Source of the DNA: a virus | Lineage: Duplodnaviria > Caudoviricetes | Length of the DNA: 37,916 nucleotides | Direction: 5' to 3' (one strand) | IMG/VR virus record: IMGVR_UViG_3300020161_000179 | Span: 1-37,916 of that record | Shown: one piece after another, positions 1-8,386 of the stretch | Layout: each line of letters opens with the position of its first letter | How positions within the stretch are numbered: the stretch's first letter is position 1 | The notes under the pieces: model-generated | What the model was told of the DNA's origin: nothing | The model's database searches: none | What the model saw: only the letters and a program-made list of their open reading frames with translations | Position numbers and translations under genes: made by a program

Positions 1-1
1 T

Positions 2-1012
2 GCTAATATAGGCAAGGTTACGCAAAACCGAGGTATAAGTGAGGTCGTCAAGAATTCATCAAGAGTTCCTACACGACCTCAATTACCTATTGCCAAATTA
101 GATAGGGTGCAAACTGGTAACGGAAGAGTTGAAATCACATTCATAGATGATTCCACTGTTAAGGTTACAGAACATTCTAAGCTTGTGATTGACGATTTCG
201 TATATAGTGGCAAGCCATCCACTTCAAGAATGGCTCTCAAGTTTGCAGCCGGAACTGCTAGATTTGCTACGGGGCAGTCTGGTAAAATGAACAAGGGCAA
301 CATCAATCTTAGAACACCCACAGCAACGATTGCTGTTAGAGGTACAGACTTTGCAGCAACAGTAGATGACTTTGGCAAGAGTCTAATAATGTTGCTTCCA
401 GAACCAGATGGCTCAGTAGGAGAAATCACAGTATCAAATGCTGCTGGCTTCGTCATTCTTAATAGAGCATTTCAAGCTACTATCGTATCTACAATGGACA
501 GTAGACCCTCTCGTCCAGTCATTCTAAATCTTACTCTTAATCAAATTGACAATATGTTAATTATATCTCCAGCAGAAGAAGTTAGAACAGAAGAAGAAAT
601 TGCTGAATCTAAAGCTAACATACTAGATTTGTCAGAACTTGATATTGACTATCTTGCCAAAGATGACCTACAGGAAAATCAACTAGCCAGCTCAGAACTT
701 GATATTAATACAATTAACGCAGACTTCTTAGGGGAAGATTTTCTTGATAATGCTGACGGAAGTGATTGTGTAACAAGAGATAACACAAAGCTTTGTGGAA
801 CTACATTTGGTCTTAACAATACTACTCAGATTACTACTATTTTGTCCGGTGACTATTTACGACTTGCTAGAACACTGAGTACTACAGTTGATATTGTCGT
901 AAAGAAAGACTCAAATAAAACAATATTCATAGACAGTAATGGGAAATCATTTCTAATTGAAATAAATGAACCAGCCGGAGGAACTATAATCAATGTTAAA
1001 CAAAGCGAGTAA
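2..1012 (+). CDS. FecR-domain protein (5' end truncated by the window)
   Basis: The frame is open from base 2 (ANIGKVTQNRG...). FecR-like motifs: QTGNGRVEITFIDDSTVKVTEHSKL and LRTPTATIAVRGTDF. Acidic D/L-rich linker. Overlaps the cyclase start. Confidence 0.85.
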   Translation, partial: ANIGKVTQNRGISEVVKNSSRVPTRPQLPIAKLDRVQTGNGRVEITFIDDSTVKVTEHSKLVIDDFVYSGKPSTSRMALKFAAGTARFATGQSGKMNKGNINLRTPTATIAVRGTDFAATVDDFGKSLIMLLPEPDGSVGEITVSNAAGFVILNRAFQATIVSTMDSRPSRPVILNLTLNQIDNMLIISPAEEVRTEEEIAESKANILDLSELDIDYLAKDDLQENQLASSELDINTINADFLGEDFLDNADGSDCVTRDNTKLCGTTFGLNNTTQITTILSGDYLRLARTLSTTVDIVVKKDSNKTIFIDSNGKSFLIEINEPAGGTIINVKQSE

Positions 1013-3044
1013 AGTATTACTTTCACCTTGGCTAGCAGTAGCTACAGTATTGTTATTACTATCAGTGAAGTTGATGAATCCGTTCCTAGTTGATAGTATG
1101 AAATTAAAATACTACGACTATCTGATGCTGGGTGAACCAGTTAAATCAGAACAGATTGTAATTGCAAATATTGGGGAGAAAGCAATTGAAAAATATGGAC
1201 AGTATCCGTTTCCAAGGGAAACATATAGCAAAATTATTAGTGATCTTTATGGGGCAAACGCTGGTCTCGTTGGTAGTACTATCCTTATGCCTGAGCCTGA
1301 TAGGATGGGTACTGACGGAAGTCTTGCTAATACCTTAAAGCAATACCCAGTTGTTCTCAGTCAAACACTAGTTGAAGATTGTGCTAAGGATATTCGTCCC
1401 CCGCGCCGCACAGGTATTGCTGTAGTCGGTGACGGACAACCCACTGATTTTCTTCCGAACTATCCATGTGTTCTTGATAACATTCCAGAACTTCAAGACT
1501 CTGCCGTAGGCGTCGGCATAACATCTTCTCTTCCTGAGACAGACGGGGTAACTCGCCGAGTGCCTTTATTAGGGATTTCAAATGGCGAATATTATCCTGC
1601 GTTTTCTTTAGAACTTTTGAGAGTTGCTGCGGGAGATCCTTCATATCAAGCGAAGATAAATCAGACGGGTGTTGAAGCATTGCGTGTTCCTCAGTTTGGT
1701 ACAATTAATACAGATGAATATGGTAGGGTATTTATAAATCCCAATTACGTATTTCCATCTGTTGAAGTAGGTGGCGATATTCCTCGTCTTGACGGGAAAA
1801 TTGTGATTCTAGGCGTGACTGCGAAAGGGCTTGCAAATCCAATAGCGACCCCGTCCGGTGGTCAAACGCCCCCTCAGGTTCAGGCCAGTCTGCTTGAGAC
1901 TTTGATAAAGGGAGATTCGGTGTCGATTCCGAATTGGGTAGGTCTTGCTGATCTTGCGGCATTTGTTGTCCTTTCATTGTTGATTATCATACTATCAAGA
2001 GTAAGATATTCAATCATATGGATCGGAATATTACTAGTAGGATACGCTTACGCACCGATCTATCTATTTACCCATAATAAAATATTGTTTGATATTTCTT
2101 TCAACATTGTTGCAGCATTGGTGATTTACTTACATATCTATACTGTTAAGTTTATCAGTGAATACTTACAGAAGCAACAGATTAAGAAGCAGTTCGGCAC
2201 ATATCTAAGTCCTGACCTTGTTGCTCAACTACAGCGTCAACCAGAACTACTACAACTTGGTGGCACAGAACAAGAATTGTCAATCATGTTTACTGATGTT
2301 CGTGGTTTCACTACTATCTCAGAACACTATGGTAAAGATGTTCAAGGTCTAACTAAGATTATGAACCGTTATATGACTGCGATGACTAAGGCAATTTTAG
2401 AGAACAGGGGAACTCTAGATAAGTATATAGGAGATGCTCAAATGGCATTTTGGAATGCGCCAGTGGACAATCCGCAACACGCTAAGGATGCAGTCAACAC
2501 AGCGTTTATTATGCTAAAGTCGCTAGAGGAATTCAATGATGAAGTTACAAAAGAAGGCATTCCAGCTTTTGGAATGGGCCTCGGTATTAATACTGACACT
2601 GTGGTTGTTGGTAATATGGGCAGTGATCAGCGTTTCGACTATACTTGTCTTGGTGATGGGGTCAATCTTGCTAGTAGGCTCGAAGGTCAAAGCAAACCTT
2701 ATGGCGTTAAAATCGTCATCGGACCTAAAACTGCGAAGTATGTTTTGGACCAATACCAAGTAGCTGAACTTGATTTACTCGCAGTTAAGGGTAAAACTGA
2801 ACCTGCTAGAATCTTTACGGTGTTCCCTTTCCATGACCCATTGGGTGAAACACAGCATATGAAATTCTTAGAGCTATATCGTCAAGGACATTGGGAAGTT
2901 GCAGCAAAATATGCAAGCGAATTAAAGCAAGCATGGCGCGGAGAAATGAACCAGTATTACGATATGATGATAGAACGAATCAATGAGTATAAAGAGAATC
3001 CTCCCGCTAATTGGGATGGAGTATATCGGGCAACTTCAAAGTAA
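993..3044 (+). CDS. Membrane-bound CHASE2-domain class III adenylate cyclase
   Basis: N-terminal TM helix, CHASE2-like region (GQYPFPR, DGVTRRVPL), 3 TM helices, then cyclase motifs FTDVRGFT, DKYIGDAQM and GNMGSDQRFDYTCLGDGVNLASRLE. The Lys/Thr specificity pair indicates ATP. Confidence 0.93.
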   Translation: MLNKASKVLLSPWLAVATVLLLLSVKLMNPFLVDSMKLKYYDYLMLGEPVKSEQIVIANIGEKAIEKYGQYPFPRETYSKIISDLYGANAGLVGSTILMPEPDRMGTDGSLANTLKQYPVVLSQTLVEDCAKDIRPPRRTGIAVVGDGQPTDFLPNYPCVLDNIPELQDSAVGVGITSSLPETDGVTRRVPLLGISNGEYYPAFSLELLRVAAGDPSYQAKINQTGVEALRVPQFGTINTDEYGRVFINPNYVFPSVEVGGDIPRLDGKIVILGVTAKGLANPIATPSGGQTPPQVQASLLETLIKGDSVSIPNWVGLADLAAFVVLSLLIIILSRVRYSIIWIGILLVGYAYAPIYLFTHNKILFDISFNIVAALVIYLHIYTVKFISEYLQKQQIKKQFGTYLSPDLVAQLQRQPELLQLGGTEQELSIMFTDVRGFTTISEHYGKDVQGLTKIMNRYMTAMTKAILENRGTLDKYIGDAQMAFWNAPVDNPQHAKDAVNTAFIMLKSLEEFNDEVTKEGIPAFGMGLGINTDTVVVGNMGSDQRFDYTCLGDGVNLASRLEGQSKPYGVKIVIGPKTAKYVLDQYQVAELDLLAVKGKTEPARIFTVFPFHDPLGETQHMKFLELYRQGHWEVAAKYASELKQAWRGEMNQYYDMMIERINEYKENPPANWDGVYRATSK

Positions 3045-3058
3045 GTTACCCGATATTT

Positions 3059-3087
3059 TTGACACAGACACAGATATGTTGTATACA
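3059..3087 (+). promoter_or_regulatory. sigma70-type promoter for the OMP gene
   Basis: TTGACA-17bp-TATACA in the intergenic gap. Confidence 0.55.
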
Positions 3088-3141
3088 TAACTTTGACATA
3101 AAAAAATGTCAAGTTTTCAAACTTAAAAGGAAAAACAAAGT

Positions 3142-3615
3142 ATGAAAAAGTTAATCGCATTCGCAGCACTTGCAACCGCTGCTCTTTCAACCCCTGCAAT
3201 GGCATCTGAATTTGCTGGTCCTCGCATTGAGGTAACAGCTGGCGCAGATGAAGTTCGCAACGGTGTTGACCCAACTGACATTGCTTATGGCGCTGCCCTA
3301 GGCTATGACCTTCAGTTCGGTAAGGTAGTTGTTGGTGCAGAAGCTACTGCTGCTAACGTCTTTGACCGTGCTGATCTTGGTGCAGCCGCACGTCTCGGAT
3401 ATACCTTGAACAAGAATGTTCTTGCATATACCCGCGTTGGTTATACTAAGCTTGAGCGTTCTGCTGCTGTTAAGGTCGATGGTCTTACAGTAGGTGGCGG
3501 TCTTGAAGTGAAGCTTATTGGCTCAACTTTTGCTAAGGCTGAGTATCGTTACACTGACTTCGACGGCAATCTCGGTCGTCACGGTGGACTCGTTGGCTTC
3601 GGTCTTCGCTTCTAA
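3142..3615 (+). CDS. Outer-membrane beta-barrel protein (8-stranded OMP/porin-like)
   Basis: Sec signal peptide MKKLIAFAALATAALSTPAMA, amphipathic strands (LGYD, AKAEYRYTDF), C-terminal Phe (GFGLRF), SD AAGGA. Confidence 0.88.
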   Translation: MKKLIAFAALATAALSTPAMASEFAGPRIEVTAGADEVRNGVDPTDIAYGAALGYDLQFGKVVVGAEATAANVFDRADLGAAARLGYTLNKNVLAYTRVGYTKLERSAAVKVDGLTVGGGLEVKLIGSTFAKAEYRYTDFDGNLGRHGGLVGFGLRF

Positions 3616-3634
3616 TTAAAGCGTTAGCTTAATG

Positions 3635-3670
3635 AAATAACGGCGAGAAGTAATTCTCGCCGTTATTTTT
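3635..3670. terminator. Bidirectional intrinsic terminator
   Basis: Perfect 15-bp stem AAATAACGGCGAGAA/TTCTCGCCGTTATTT with a GTAA tetraloop, between convergent genes. Confidence 0.9.
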
Positions 3671-4397
3671 ATGCCTTTTGATAAACGAAGTATAATCTTC
3701 CGTTAGTGTCTTTTTTAAACTCTAGTAATGTCAAGTTGAACTTTTCAGCAAACTCATTTACAATCTCAAACGACCACGGGAAAATTTCAACATATGGCCC
3801 TGTCTTGTGAGGAATACCCGGATTAGCACGAAGGAAGAACCGGCCGCCCTTCGTTAACAAATCTACACAATGTCCAAATCTTGCTTCAATCTCATCTTTT
3901 GAATTGAAGTTGATCGATCCCATAGCTATGATAACATCATGTGATTCTGGCTTAACCTTATACTCTAGAATGTCAACTTGATAGTCAGCTAGGTTATTGT
4001 ATGGGTCAATGCCAATTAAGTTCTGAATTCGTCCTTTAAAAGGGTGATATCCACACCCAACATCAAGTACAGATATTGGATCTAGTTTATTAACTTCTTC
4101 TACAAGCTGCCAACCGGAATGAGTGAACTCATCTGTGCGGGGCTTCCAAATTTCACCAAAGAAACGTAGAATATAGCGTTGGCTAAAGTCCTCAGTAATT
4201 TCTGCTAAAGTACCTGCATAGTCTGAATCCAGACTAAGTTCAGCTTCAACAGCATCCTTAAACTTGCGATATCTAGCCGGTGTCCATGGTAGTCTATCTA
4301 CTACAGTATTTTCATCAAATACTAGTGTAGTGTACTTCGGCAGCTTAAACGCTTCTGCCAAATTTTTCTGTAATAGTCCAAAAATTAACGTGTTCAT
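3669..4397 (-). CDS. Class I SAM-dependent methyltransferase with a small N-terminal helical domain
   Basis: VLDVGCG motif I, GIDP, DVIIAMGSINF, LLTKGGRFF. Confidence 0.8.
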   Translation of the reverse strand: MNTLIFGLLQKNLAEAFKLPKYTTLVFDENTVVDRLPWTPARYRKFKDAVEAELSLDSDYAGTLAEITEDFSQRYILRFFGEIWKPRTDEFTHSGWQLVEEVNKLDPISVLDVGCGYHPFKGRIQNLIGIDPYNNLADYQVDILEYKVKPESHDVIIAMGSINFNSKDEIEARFGHCVDLLTKGGRFFLRANPGIPHKTGPYVEIFPWSFEIVNEFAEKFNLTLLEFKKDTNGRLYFVYQKA

Positions 4398-4416
4398 CCA
4401 AAAAATCCTGTAAAAA

Positions 4417-4464
4417 GATAAATATTCTTGTGATAAGAAACTTTCTTAAATACTTATCACAAGA
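4417..4464 (+). promoter_or_regulatory. Late-promoter box plus 12-bp inverted repeat in a divergent intergenic region
   Basis: GATAAATA (4417-4424); TCTTGTGATAAG (4426-4437) / CTTATCACAAGA (4453-4464). Confidence 0.55.
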
Positions 4465-4488
4465 CATGTCTATAAAAAAGGAAATATC

Positions 4489-5187
4489 ATGACTACATCT
4501 AAAGAATTCGTAGCCAAAATCGTAGCTGAAAACGAAGCACTCTTTGAAGCATCAAAGATGAACGTGAAGGCTTACTTCGAAAGCAACCCATCACAGGAAG
4601 CTCTTGTAGAACACTTCATCGGTCGTATGGTCAACGAGCGTATGAACATGGTTGAGATTGCACAGACTATTGCAAATCTTCCCGCCGACACTGATCCACT
4701 TGAGCTTCAGTTGCTTTCAAAGCAGGCTCATGACGAAGCCGTTCACTTCCGCATGGTTAAGGAAGTAATTGAACACATCACTGGTGAAGAACTTGACGTT
4801 GCTGCTGCAATCGCAGCAGAAGAAGCAAAGCCAACTGCAAAGGGTGCTGGACTTCTTGCTAAGTACGAAGCTGAAACTGATGAAGCTGCTCTTGCCGCTT
4901 ATCAGTTGGTCGCAGAAGGTCGCGCCGAAGCAGTTTGGGATCAGATGGCAGAATGCATTGAAGACGAATTCATCGCTTCACGTTATGCTAAAATCGCTAA
5001 GGACGAAGGTTTCCACAGCAAGATCGGTGGTCGTAAACTTGCACAACTTGCAACTGATGAAACAACTCAGGCTCGTATCGCTACTCTTGTAGCTAATATG
5101 CGTAAGGACTTGTTTGATATCTCATGCAAGAACACTGTTGAAGTTCCTGCTGCTGTAGCACTCGTTAACGAAGCATACGGTTGGTAA
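4489..5187 (+). CDS. Ferritin-like di-iron carboxylate protein
   Basis: E...DEAVH...E(GRA)...DEGFH four-helix di-iron ligand pattern; SD AAGGA. Confidence 0.8.
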   Translation: MTTSKEFVAKIVAENEALFEASKMNVKAYFESNPSQEALVEHFIGRMVNERMNMVEIAQTIANLPADTDPLELQLLSKQAHDEAVHFRMVKEVIEHITGEELDVAAAIAAEEAKPTAKGAGLLAKYEAETDEAALAAYQLVAEGRAEAVWDQMAECIEDEFIASRYAKIAKDEGFHSKIGGRKLAQLATDETTQARIATLVANMRKDLFDISCKNTVEVPAAVALVNEAYGW

Positions 5188-5196
5188 GATAAGAAA

Positions 5197-5247
5197 GGGG
5201 AGCGGTGAACAGGGCCGCGTCTTGAAAACACAGAGGCATCGCTCCCC
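5197..5247 (+). other. GC-rich structured intergenic RNA element
   Basis: 11-bp stem GGGGAGCGGTG/CATCGCTCCCC (one G-U pair) closing a 29-nt interior. Confidence 0.55.
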
Positions 5248-5257
5248 AATTTTACAC

Positions 5258-5893
5258 ATGAAACAGTTACTCATACTCACCGGTCCTCAAGGGGCTGGAA
5301 ATCATCTCTGGTCTAAAATCTTCTCACTTCACCCCGACGTGTATGGCTGGAAATCACTCTTAGAAAATTATTGGGAAGCACATCGCTTCTCCGAACCCTT
5401 CGCAAAACATTGGAAAAATCATGACCTACTCAAGACTTTCGATTGGTCTAACGGAGACCTATATTTTACTAGTATCAGTTGCCCCCTGGGCATATTTCAG
5501 TCTGATGTTAATCCCATTTGGAATCCTGATATACGCAGTTTCGCTGATACCGTTCGTTCCCTCGGTATTAACGTTACGTTCGCAGTTTGCGGACGAGACC
5601 AAACGATCCTCCGCAATCAGCAAACTAGAATTAGAAATGGAACGACGGTACAGTATCTCCTATCACAATTAGGTGATATGGATGATCCGGTATTCTTATC
5701 ATATGAATTACTATATCTCTACAAACAAGACTATCTAAAGAGCTTGAAGCTAAATATTCCTGTTGCGTGGGATGACCCTCGTATTGATGAAATACTAGCT
5801 GAGGATCCCAACGAAAAATACATTCAATATGTAGAGTACAATGAACTTGATAACGGAAACAAGTTCGGAACAACATTCACAGAGAAGCCATGA
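5258..5893 (+). CDS. Sulfotransferase-like P-loop protein (paralog 1)
   Basis: LLILTGPQGAGNHLWSKIFSLHP resembles the PAPS-binding loop; GRD and LSYE motifs. Start moved to ATG 5258. Confidence 0.6.
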   Translation: MKQLLILTGPQGAGNHLWSKIFSLHPDVYGWKSLLENYWEAHRFSEPFAKHWKNHDLLKTFDWSNGDLYFTSISCPLGIFQSDVNPIWNPDIRSFADTVRSLGINVTFAVCGRDQTILRNQQTRIRNGTTVQYLLSQLGDMDDPVFLSYELLYLYKQDYLKSLKLNIPVAWDDPRIDEILAEDPNEKYIQYVEYNELDNGNKFGTTFTEKP

Positions 5894-6537
5894 AGAAACT
5901 GTTAATCATCACTGGCCCGCAGGGTTCAGGCAATCATTTATTCAGTAGATTATTAAGCCTTCATCCAAAGGTAGAAGGATGGGAAGAACTAAAGGATAAC
6001 TACTGGGTACCGAGCGATCAAGAACCGTTTGCTGAATATTGGGTCGAACCTAATAAACTGACAGCAGAACACTTTGAGGGTAAAGACTATCACTTAGCTA
6101 ATGTAAGCTGCCCGTTCTTTTACAATGGCACTCGCTATGTTCCTAAGATTCTTGAAGTGGCAGAACGTGCTAAGTCATTTGGAATTGAAGTAGAGATTGC
6201 TATCATTGTGCGGGATCAGAATATCAATAAGCTACAGCAGATCAGAGTCCGTAAAGAATATACTACTCCTATTGCACAAGACTACTACTATAATACGCTA
6301 TTAACTAGCAGTTTTAATGTGCATTTTCTAGACCATGAGGCATTTTTCTTACACAAAGAACATTATCTTAAGTGGGTAAGTAAGATTCTAGACTTCCCTG
6401 TTAGTGTAGGACCAGAAATACTAACGTTCATAGAACAAGATGCAAATAGTAAATATGTACAGTATGTAGATGAATACTGGCTAGACAAAGTTGTTTTGTC
6501 TGGTTGCGAATCTAATAGGGATGAAAGAATTGGTTAA
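5890..6537 (+). CDS. Sulfotransferase-like P-loop protein (paralog 2)
   Basis: LLIITGPQGSGNHLFSRLLSLHP. Clear paralog of the previous gene (EPFA, SCP, RDQ, KYV/IQYV shared); ATGA overlap. Confidence 0.6.
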   Translation: MKKLLIITGPQGSGNHLFSRLLSLHPKVEGWEELKDNYWVPSDQEPFAEYWVEPNKLTAEHFEGKDYHLANVSCPFFYNGTRYVPKILEVAERAKSFGIEVEIAIIVRDQNINKLQQIRVRKEYTTPIAQDYYYNTLLTSSFNVHFLDHEAFFLHKEHYLKWVSKILDFPVSVGPEILTFIEQDANSKYVQYVDEYWLDKVVLSGCESNRDERIG

Positions 6538-7235
6538 CTTTGATACTGAAAATTTAATTATTGTTTGCTATCCCAAAAATGCAGGCGGCAAGTTTCTAGT
6601 CAACTGTTTGGGACTAAGTGATCAGTCATTGTTTCAGTCTGCTGACCTATCCGTTATGCAACTTAATGGATTGTTTGATTATTCACAAAAAATTAAACTA
6701 TCTGTTAACTAAGTTGGATAAAGTAGATGATAAATGGAATGATCTTGGATTAGGGTGCCATCAATTATTTGGCATAAGTAATTCTTCATATAGATATATA
6801 GTAGCCAACAAGATTCAGCCTCAGGATTTAACATATTCACCATTGATAGGAGAAATCACTAATAGCAACTCTCACTATTTTTATTTAGTTGCTCATAGCT
6901 CGGAGGTTTTAGAGTGCCATCTAAAAGTATGGAAAAATCCAAAAATAATAATGCTTACTAATTTTCATGAATTTATCGGTACGTATAGATCAAATGTATG
7001 GAATGCCGATGCAGAAATTAAATGGATAAATACGATTACTAATGTATGCCAACCGAACATTGTTTGGGATACCAGTAGATACTTAGACAAAGATAGGCTA
7101 TCAGATGGCATCGAAGAATTGTACTCTGTCTTAGGATTTCCTGATTACAATAAAGAGGCAATTTCTACCTACTTTGAATTCTGGATAAATAAGTTGTTAC
7201 AGGTAAAGAATCAACAGTATGAGAATAGGCCTTAG
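6521..7235 (+). pseudogene. Sulfotransferase-like P-loop protein split by a 1-nt frameshift
   Basis: ORF 6521-6712 (IIVCYPKNAGGKFLVNCL) joins ORF 6618-7235 if one A is removed from the A6 run at 6687-6692, giving ...DYSQKLNYLLTKLD.... Confidence 0.65.
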
Positions 7236-7767
7236 TCAGAGAATAATATATAACAAGGGGATAGCTTATGATGCGACTGAACATGGCTGGTATGAACTCC
7301 TACCCGGTCACAATTTATTCTTTGTGCCTAACACACTCAATCAAGACCTTGATGTAGTAGCGGACAATTCTGATTCGTTCATCATCACAGGGGGAGATGA
7401 CAGCGACCTTCGCAGAACCGTTGAACTCAAGCTAGCTGCTAAAATGCTGCAACGAAATAAACCAGTTGTAGGAATATGCCATGGTGCCTTTCTACTAGCT
7501 GAAATGTTAGGCGGAACAATAGAAGAAGTAAAGAATCACCAAGATGTTGACCACCCTATTTTCTATCATAGAGAAGTAAGAGAAGTCAACAGTCATCACA
7601 CTTTGGGAATCACTTCTCTACCTGACTCAGTGGATATCATATGCAGAGATTACTTAGGTAATATCGAAGCATTCACTGATGGATCATTAGCTGGGATAGT
7701 ATGGCACCCTGAGCGGATGAAAGAGCCCTGGATTCCCCCTGAAATTGCATTAATGTTAAGGATTTAA
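7219..7767 (+). CDS. Class I glutamine amidotransferase / gamma-glutamyl hydrolase (peptidase C26-like)
   Basis: ITGGDD, nucleophile elbow GICHG, VNSHH, WHPE (Cys-His-Glu triad). Confidence 0.88.
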   Translation: MRIGLSQRIIYNKGIAYDATEHGWYELLPGHNLFFVPNTLNQDLDVVADNSDSFIITGGDDSDLRRTVELKLAAKMLQRNKPVVGICHGAFLLAEMLGGTIEEVKNHQDVDHPIFYHREVREVNSHHTLGITSLPDSVDIICRDYLGNIEAFTDGSLAGIVWHPERMKEPWIPPEIALMLRI

Positions 7768-7768
7768 A

Positions 7769-8386
7769 ATGAAATATATATTTGTAGCAGGAGCGCCCGG
7801 CTCTAAGTGGAGTAGCATAGTTAAGAATATCTACTACAGCCCGTCTATTGATCAAAGTGATTATAGCGAGGCGCGAACTTACTATCACGATGCTAGTGGC
7901 GAAACACAATTGATGCATTTGGGTGCATACTTCGATCCTGGTATGGAGTTTGGGGACTTTTTTGATAAGCTAAGCGATTACACTAAAGAAGAATGTGAAG
8001 CAGAGTTTGACAAGCCGTTCTCTGGACCAGGTGTTCGTATTATTAAGAGCCATGTCTTCTCACATCATATTGATTTCATCAAAGAGAACTGGCCAGAATG
8101 CCCACTCATTCTCGTGCATAGACCAGATGATGCTTGTTTGGGCTGGTGGGTAAAATGTGGTCATTTTGACATCACCCACCCCACATACGATTCATACTAC
8201 AAGGACCTGCGCACCATGTCAAATATCATTAGTAATCAAAATGCAGACATTGTTGAAGCATGGGGACATGATGGGATTGACGCATTTAACAATGTAAATC
8301 TTGCAGATGCTTGCCGAATTGTTAGACCGTCGGAAGAATATCACCAAGACTATCGTTTAGCAGATGTAAGAGTAAAAGTGTTGTGA
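7769..8386 (+). CDS. Sulfotransferase-like / P-loop protein
   Basis: IFVAGAPGSKWSS N-terminal loop, IIKSH, LILVHRP. Confidence 0.5.
   Translation: MKYIFVAGAPGSKWSSIVKNIYYSPSIDQSDYSEARTYYHDASGETQLMHLGAYFDPGMEFGDFFDKLSDYTKEECEAEFDKPFSGPGVRIIKSHVFSHHIDFIKENWPECPLILVHRPDDACLGWWVKCGHFDITHPTYDSYYKDLRTMSNIISNQNADIVEAWGHDGIDAFNNVNLADACRIVRPSEEYHQDYRLADVRVKVL

Noticed and set aside
4429-4461. CRP site (TGTGA...TCACA) near the cyclase
   Set aside because: The half-sites are 23 nt apart rather than 6.
5197-5247. tRNA or hammerhead ribozyme
   Set aside because: Too short, with no T-arm or cloverleaf and no CUGANGA core.
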